64,000 nt of DNA from Blastocladiella emersonii ATCC 22665. Lineage: Eukaryota; Fungi; Blastocladiomycota. Of this stretch, positions 57,701 through 64,000 are shown in pieces. Made by a program: the position numbers and the translations under genes. Under the pieces are notes generated by a model. The model had not been told where the DNA came from. It saw only the letters and a list, made by a program, of their open reading frames with translations, and did no database searches. The first letter of the stretch is position 1. Each line of letters opens with the position of its first letter. The DNA is taken from the NCBI GenBank assembly GCA_025594325.1, contig JANHCV010000006.1:1364001-1428000 (forward strand), given 5' to 3'.

Positions 57701-59493
57701 CTGGATCCACGCCTGCTGCGGGCAGTAGGCCACGGTGCCCGAGATCTCGACGGTACCCTTGGTGCGACGGGCCTCGCCGAGGATGCCCGACAGGAGCGTC
57801 GACTTGCCGCTGGCCACAGCGCCGCACACGGCGACGAGCGCGCCCTTGGGGATCTCGAGGTCAATGTCGTGCGCCTGAGTCTGGCCGTCGGCCCACTCAA
57901 AGTCGGCGCCCTTGACCGAGATGGCGAACGGTGCGTCGTCAGCGACGACCGTGGGCGGCGAGGTCAGCTCCTCGGCGAGGAACAGCGCCTCGATGCGCTG
58001 CGCCGCGACCTTGGCGTCGACGGCCGACGCGATGATCATGGGGAGCAACATGAGCGGGAGCTACACAATGGGGATCATGTGGTCAGAGCAGCGTCCGCCA
58101 AGTCTCGGACGTGACGGCGACGTCCCCGCAATTGCGAAAAGAATGCAAGACTAGAGAACACGACCGACGGCGTCAGCACGCCGCCCGTCAGCGAGTACGT
58201 GATGTACACGACGATGGCGGCGAGCGACGGGATCGCCTGGGCCACGCCGTTGATGCCCGCGCGCCACATGGCGAGCCGCTTGACAAACGACAGCTCCTGC
58301 ATGCGCAGCTCCATGATGGCGTCGGTCACGGCCTCCTCCCACCCCATGAGCTTGACGATGCGGCTGCCCTGCAGCAGCTCGTTCATGAGCTTGACGCGTT
58401 TGTCGGTGAGCAGCTGCTGCGACTTGCGGTAGCTGGTCAGCGAGCGCATCACGCGGCCCTGGATTGGCGTGAAGGCGAGCATGATGGCGAACCCGGCGAG
58501 CGCCGAGGCGCCGAGCGAGCGGATCAGCAGGCCCATGATGACGAAGACTAGACGCGGAGGAGGGGTGGAGGTGGGTCAGTGAGGGGTCAGCGACGGTTCG
58601 AGGTGGATCGGCCATCGCGACCACGACGTACCCTGGACCGGCGACGCCCACACAGAATGCAAGTAAGGCGCGACCATGTCGAGACGAGTCGCGTCCGAAC
58701 TGATAATGTTGGTAATCTTGCCGGCGTTAAAGTCCTCGGAGCGCGCGCGGGCCGAGAGGCGGAGGGCCTTCTTGTACACGGCCGAGACGAGGGCAGCGCG
58801 CAGCCGCATGCCGACCTTCATCGTGATGATGAAATACTGCGAGTTGAACAGCGTCGAGGCGACCTGGAGCAGGAACATGACCGCGGCCAGGACGTAGCCG
58901 TAGCCCTCAAACTCGGTCGCGGCGGGGCGCTCGGCCGGGTTGCGCAGGTGCGCGTCCTGGACCTCGAGGTACTTGAGCAGCGTCTGCAGCACGATCGGGC
59001 TGCTGACCTGGCACGCGATCGCGAACGCCGACAGCACGCCGCCAAACGCCCACGTCGCGCCGTACGCGCGCCAGAGCGTGCGGATCAGCGACGGCTTGGC
59101 CTTGGGGTTGTTGTCGGCCGTTGTGGCGGAAGCGACAGCGGCAGCGCGGGCCACCTCGTCGGCCCAGGTGCGCTCGAGCAGCGCGCAGTTGTCCTTGGCC
59201 GAGAGCTGGTCGTACAGCTGGTACATGTCGTCCTGCTGCAGCGGGCGCTTGTAGCCGAGGCGCATCAGCGGCGTCTGCCACGAGAAGAAGATGCGCGAGA
59301 TGATGTTGACGCGGCCCTCGGGGACCGTCTTGGCCGAGTTGGGGATCTCGCGCGGGCCGGCGGCCTCGACGTCGGCGGCGTCGGGCCCGATGGGCGACTT
59401 GCGGTCGGCGGTCATGTTGGCGGCGGTCCCAGAGGAGACGAGGCGGACTCGCTCGGGCGCGGTGGTCGACGAAGCGTTCGGTAGCGAAGGCAT
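54733..59493 (-). CDS. ABC transporter subfamily C (MRP/YOR1-like, no TMD0), multi-exon
   Basis: [28 protein letters not shown]; NBD1 [27 protein letters not shown]; linker [12 protein letters not shown]; [22 protein letters not shown]; NBD2 GR|[22 protein letters not shown]. Confidence 0.95.
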
Positions 59494-61013
59494 CGCGACG
59501 GAGAGGGAGGGGAGGGGCAGGGCTTTTGTACGGCCGGTGCGGTTACAGATGCGGCCGTGAGCTCAACCGAGCGTCAATGAGGGGAGACCTGGGTAAGCGG
59601 GTTTGCAAGGGGCAGAGGTCAGTCAGCAAGCGAACATGCGAGAAGGAGGGGGGAAGGATGCGACGATCGAGGCGGGCGGCAACACGGGAGCAAGCTTGCA
59701 ACAGCAGGGACGGCGAGGGGAGGAGGAAACCGCAGCGTTGCTTACGTGGCGAGGCGAGGGGCACGACACTCAAGCTCAGCGGGCGGTCGACATGGCCTGC
59801 TCGTGGTCGGCGAGAGGACCTGCACACGGTGATGGAGGGCGAGCGAGACGCCGGGGTCAAGCGTCGGTGCCAGCGATGCGACGCGATGGCGAGGGCGAGC
59901 GTGGCAGCGCAGCACAGGGCCGAGCCCGATCGCGGGCGAGGCGGATGCGGGGGAGGGGAGACAGAATCCGGAGAGCAGGACAGCACGGTAAATCCAGCGG
60001 GAGACGGGCGGAAGTCCGGGTCCTGGCCATCGGCGACCCCGCGCGCGGTTCACGGCGTCCCACGCTCGGTCGCGACGCCGAGGACGAGGGCGACACCGAG
60101 CAAAGGGAAGGGTGGGCGAAGAGGGTGAGGGTACGGGGTGGTGGCCACTCCGTCGATCAGCGTCCGGTCGCACTGTTGGAGCAGACGAGGGGGTGCGGCC
60201 GCGAGGGTCCGCGGCGAGGGGGCGGCCAAGGGGCGACAGTTCATGGGAGATGCATTGCATACGTGTGGAGTGGACGACGCTGCTGAGAAGCAACTGCACG
60301 CGGGTGCACGGAGGAGAGAGAGCGAGAACCGAGTGCAGCCACGAGGAGCGCAGGAGTGGGAGAGGGCGAGCGCAAGGGTTCGACATCCGGCGGGCCCGAT
60401 CTTTATGGAGGGTCAGCGTGGAGGGCAAGCCAGCACCACGGTTGCAGCCCTGCGCCCTCGCTTACGTCCGCGCTGCGTTCGCGCTGCCTAAGCAACCGTC
60501 AGGGGACGCGCAGGGACGCCTGCCACGACCGTCGAGCAACGAGTGCGCTCGCCCCAGGCGTCCTTCTCGAGAGTTCTCTGGCCGTGCTGGCGAGCCGCTC
60601 CGGCGGATCACTCGCCGTGGCTCTCGTGGCGGCAGAGGGAGATCCGCGCGAGACATGCGCGTCTCTGAGGCCGCCGTCCCTCGTGGGCAGCAAGCTGCAG
60701 GTGGTGGTGGTGGCGCAGCCGGGGCCACAGCGCGAGCCTGCGTGGCCGCGGCCACCGCACAGGGGAACCATGGGCGCGAGACAAAAGAGCAAAACCGCGG
60801 TTTTCGGGTCCGCGTGGGTTCACGTGGGGCGGATCCTTGCACGCGCCAAGCATGTTCAAGCGGGCGGCGATGCGCCTCTCGCCGCGCCGCCACCGCTCGC
60901 CGGGTCGCCCCCAAGTCGCCGCGTCGGGCCGCGCCCCCTCTCCTCCCGGCCAGCCAAGGATCCGTGTTGCTTCCCTACCCGCCTCCCTAACCCCCCTCCC
61001 CTCACTCTCCACC

Positions 61014-62015
61014 ATGGTATGATGCATGGCGCGAGCGAGCTGGCCCGTCCGTCCGTCCCCGAGCGTCGCTGCGTGTCGCCACCGACCGCGCGCGTGCATG
61101 CTGATGCTGTCGCCACCACCACCGAGGTCAACTTTCGAGGCGCGGATCGCGTCGCGCGCGTCCCGCTGCGCCTGCCGCGATGCAGTCGGGCGGTCGCGTT
61201 GTTCGAAGGAAGAGAACACGATGTATCGAGTGGACGTGCAACAACCTTGTCGCGGCGGCTGGCGGGCACGGTCGCGTACGCGTCACCGAGAAGCCACCGT
61301 GCTCGACATCTGCGTCTCGACGCGGTCCGCTGCTCCGGGCAGCCGTCCGGCGCGTCGCGGGCTCACAGCAACCTCTCTGGTGTGGCGACGGGCAGCAGCA
61401 GCCGCACCGAGGCTGCGACACGCACGCGTCGCTCTTCGGGCGTCGGACGCACGGCAACCGCGCACTCGCACTCGCACGCGCCCGGGCCCGAAAAACTCAC
61501 CCTCTACCCTCGTCGTCCCGCTCGCCTAGTCCACCGGTATTGCCGTCGCCGACAACTGCATCGATGTCTTCACCGACCTCAAGCTCGGCAAGAAGCTCGC
61601 CTACATTGTGTACAAGCTCAACGACTCGATGACCGAGATCGTGGTCGAGAAGACGGCGCCCGCCGGCACCGCCTACGACGCGTTCCTCGCCGACCTGCCC
61701 GCCGCCGACTGCCGCTACGCCGTCTTCGACTTTGAGTTCGAGCACCCCGAGGGCGGTATCCGCAACAAGATCATCTTCGTGTCCTGGGCCCCCGACGAGG
61801 CCCGCGTCCGCTCCAAGATGGTCTACGCCGGCTCCCGCGACGCCCTCCGCCGCAAGCTCGTCGGCATCCACGCCGAGATCCAGGGCACCGACCTGTCTGA
61901 GGTGCGTTTTTGCTGCTCTTTTCGTGTCCATGCCCGATCACTCACCTCCTGTCTCTCGTCGCCGCCTATCCAGGTCGACCAGGCCTCGGTCCTCGAGAAG
62001 GTCAACCGCGTCTAA
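61014..62015 (+). CDS. COF1: Cofilin/ADF (exons 61014-61016, 61530-61901, 61974-62015)
   Basis: M|STGIAVADNC...LKLGKKLAYIVYKL...CRYAVFDFEF...RNKIIFVSWAPDEARVRSKMVYAGSRDALRRKLVGI...QGTD.SE|V. Confidence 0.97.
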
Positions 62016-62309
62016 GCGCGGCCACGCCTCCCCGCCCCACTCTTGCCCACCACGCGGCTCTCCTCCGTTTTGTTCGATGGCGTCGTGTGTGTGTCCCGTC
62101 TGTAGCAAATTTCCCCCCTTGATTCCAATGTCATGCCACGTCCATTCAGCTTGCCCTGTCGACCGCCCTGAGGAACTGATCACGTTGCCACGCGCGACGC
62201 GTCGACGCGTCGACGCGTCGACTCGTCGCGTGTCTCGCACCTCGCCACCCACACGCGCTTCTTCGCTGACGTGCCTCGCTTCTTCTCCTGCCCCCGACAC
62301 CTGTAAACC

Positions 62310-64000
62310 ATGAAGCAACCACCACGAGCGCCGCGCTCTCAATGCACCTCGCCCGCATGGGCGTTCGCCCTCGCTGTCCTCCTCGCGCTCGCCGCGCTCC
62401 CTTTGCTGATCCGCGCCGCGGACCCGCTGCCGCCATGGCGCCTGTACAACGTCTTCTTCCGGGACATGCCGCAGCTGCACCCGGACTTTGAGGCGCCCTA
62501 CGCGGCCGACTACCAGCAGACGGGGATGCTGGACACGCGCGTCAACGGCGACAGCCGGCCCGTGTTCGTGCTCCCCGCAAAGCGGACCTCGCGGCAGCTG
62601 GCGAGCCAGTGGATCGATTATGGGAATACCTCGCGGCCCGTGTACAATTACTCGACCAACGTCGCGATCGCGAACCAGGGGCACTTTTTTTTTGACGAGT
62701 ACTACACGTACGTCTCTCGACGCGTCGCGGGTTGTGCGATGGCCGCTTCTGACCTGTTTTCGTAGAGACGTGCCGGGCGTCAACATCGCCTTCAACGCGA
62801 CGCTCAACTTCACGCTCGACGACCCGGTCCGCGCGACTTACCTGTGGAACAAGACGTCGTTCTTCCCGCTCGACGGCCTCGGGTACGGCGTGCGCGAGGG
62901 GTACACGGTCACGGACCCCGGGCTGCCCGCGCAGTACCGCGACGGTATCGCGCGCAACTTTTGGTACACGTACGGCCGACTCGTTCATCATTGGGTACTG
63001 GACGCGTGGGCTGACGCGACGCGCGACTCGGGTAGAACCGAGATGCAGATGACTTTCTACTACCGCGGCGGCGAGATCTTCACCTTCTTTGGCGATGACG
63101 ATCTCTGGTACGCTTTTCGTGTGAGTGACGCATTGGTGGCCGCTAACTGCTGCCGCGGCCAGGGTCTTCATCGACGGCAACCTGACGACGTGCGACGTGG
63201 GCGGGATCCACGCGTCGCGCGCGTGCACCGTCGACCTCGACCGGCTCTCGCTGCCGCTCAACACGACGCACAGCATGGCCGTCTTCCGTACGCCGCGGCC
63301 ACGCGCTTCCCACACGACACACACTAACTTTCCCCCTTCGGTAGACGCGGAGCGCCACACCGACGCCTCCTCGTTCGCCGTGACCACGTCCGTGAAACCC
63401 ATCAACCGTGCGCCGTCCGTGAACCCCCTGTCGGTCACGGCGCGCGCGGGGCAGAACCTGACCATCACGCTGCAGGGGTACGACCAGGACAACGACGCGC
63501 TGAGCTACTCGGTCGTGACGCCGCCGTCGCGCGGCTCGGTGCTGCCGCTGCGCGTCGAGCCGGGGAAACCGCCGACCGTCACGTACCTGGCGTCGGGCGA
63601 CGATAGCGGGACCGACTCGTTCACGTACCTCGCCAACGACGGGCAGGTCAACTCGACGGCGGTCGCGGTCAATGTGACGGTGCTGGCCAAGCGTCGTACG
63701 TTTACCTCTCGATCATCGTGACCGCGCTCAACACTGAAGCGTGGCGCGTGGTGTAGGCCCGCCGGCGCCGCGCAACATCGCAATCAACCTGACGGTCGGC
63801 GACACGATGTGGCTGCCGCTGACGGCGGACGTGTCGGACATAGCGGCGACGGACCTCAAGTGGTTCATCACGGCGAACCCCAAGTTCGGGTACGCGAGCC
63901 TGATCGCCGAGAACGCGACCATCAAGTACCAGGCCATCAACGCGGGCAACGAGAGCTTCCCGTTCGTGGCCACGGACCCGGACAATCTGTCGGGGTCGGC
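62310..64000 (+). CDS. Secreted fibro-slime/PA14-domain protein followed by Ig/cadherin-like (Big_9-type) repeats; runs off the right edge
   Basis: Signal peptide; FRDMPQLHPDFE, FFPLDGLGYG, NFWYT, GGEIFTFFGDDDLW|VFIDG...DVGGIH; then NRAPSV...LQGYDQDNDALSYSVVTPPSRG and DSFTYLANDG. Confidence 0.85.

Noticed and set aside
26530-62240. Loose GACGCGTC, CACGTG and GTCTCGC words in host intergenic regions (e.g. 26535, 62195-62240) and the (GACGC)n run at ~42590-42640 as further motif copies
   Set aside because: Order and spacing are not conserved. They show that the component words are common in this genome, which cautions against over-reading the composite motif.
1-64000. Many long ORFs in the track (e.g. 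376-1803, 2723-4261, 5274-7061, 23268-25673, 37062-39269, 46569-49571, 56447-58114)
   Set aside because: They are antisense or alternate-frame shadows of real genes caused by high GC. They are Arg/Gly/Ala-rich with no domains.

Overview
Eukaryotic, very GC-rich genomic DNA with short (~55-100 nt) GT-AG introns. The gene set (OPT transporter, YOR1-like ABCC, CDKAL1, TBC1D5, Nup2) suggests an early-diverging fungus, possibly Blastocladiomycota-like (inference). Most long ORFs in the supplied track are antisense or GC shadows. Host genes in order: a partial unknown gene, TBC1D5-like RabGAP, MARVEL-like membrane protein, an unknown gene, CDKAL1, a twin-finger GATA factor, KGD4/MRPS36, a large low-complexity protein, an RGS protein, Nup2/Nup50, an OPT transporter, CAF-1 p60 (CAC2), CAND1, a LURP-one-related protein, an MTBP/Sld7-like protein, an ABCC transporter, cofilin and a secreted fibro-slime/PA14 protein running off the right edge. 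A lower-GC accessory island (~7.7-20.4 kb) holds an apparently intact hAT transposon (17-bp TIRs, 8-bp TSD) that splits a tail-anchored orphan gene, a paralog of that gene with perfect heptad repeats, a solo gag-like gene with two atypical zinc knuckles, and relics. A tripartite motif (GACGCGTC-N6-TCACGTG-N6-GCGAGACACTTT) occurs six times, usually just downstream of a stop codon. A 5'-truncated Fanzor/TnpB RNA-guided nuclease relic with a structured downstream region (candidate omegaRNA) lies at ~50.4-51.0 kb beside a LURP pseudogene. All gene models were spliced by eye, and no database searches were run.
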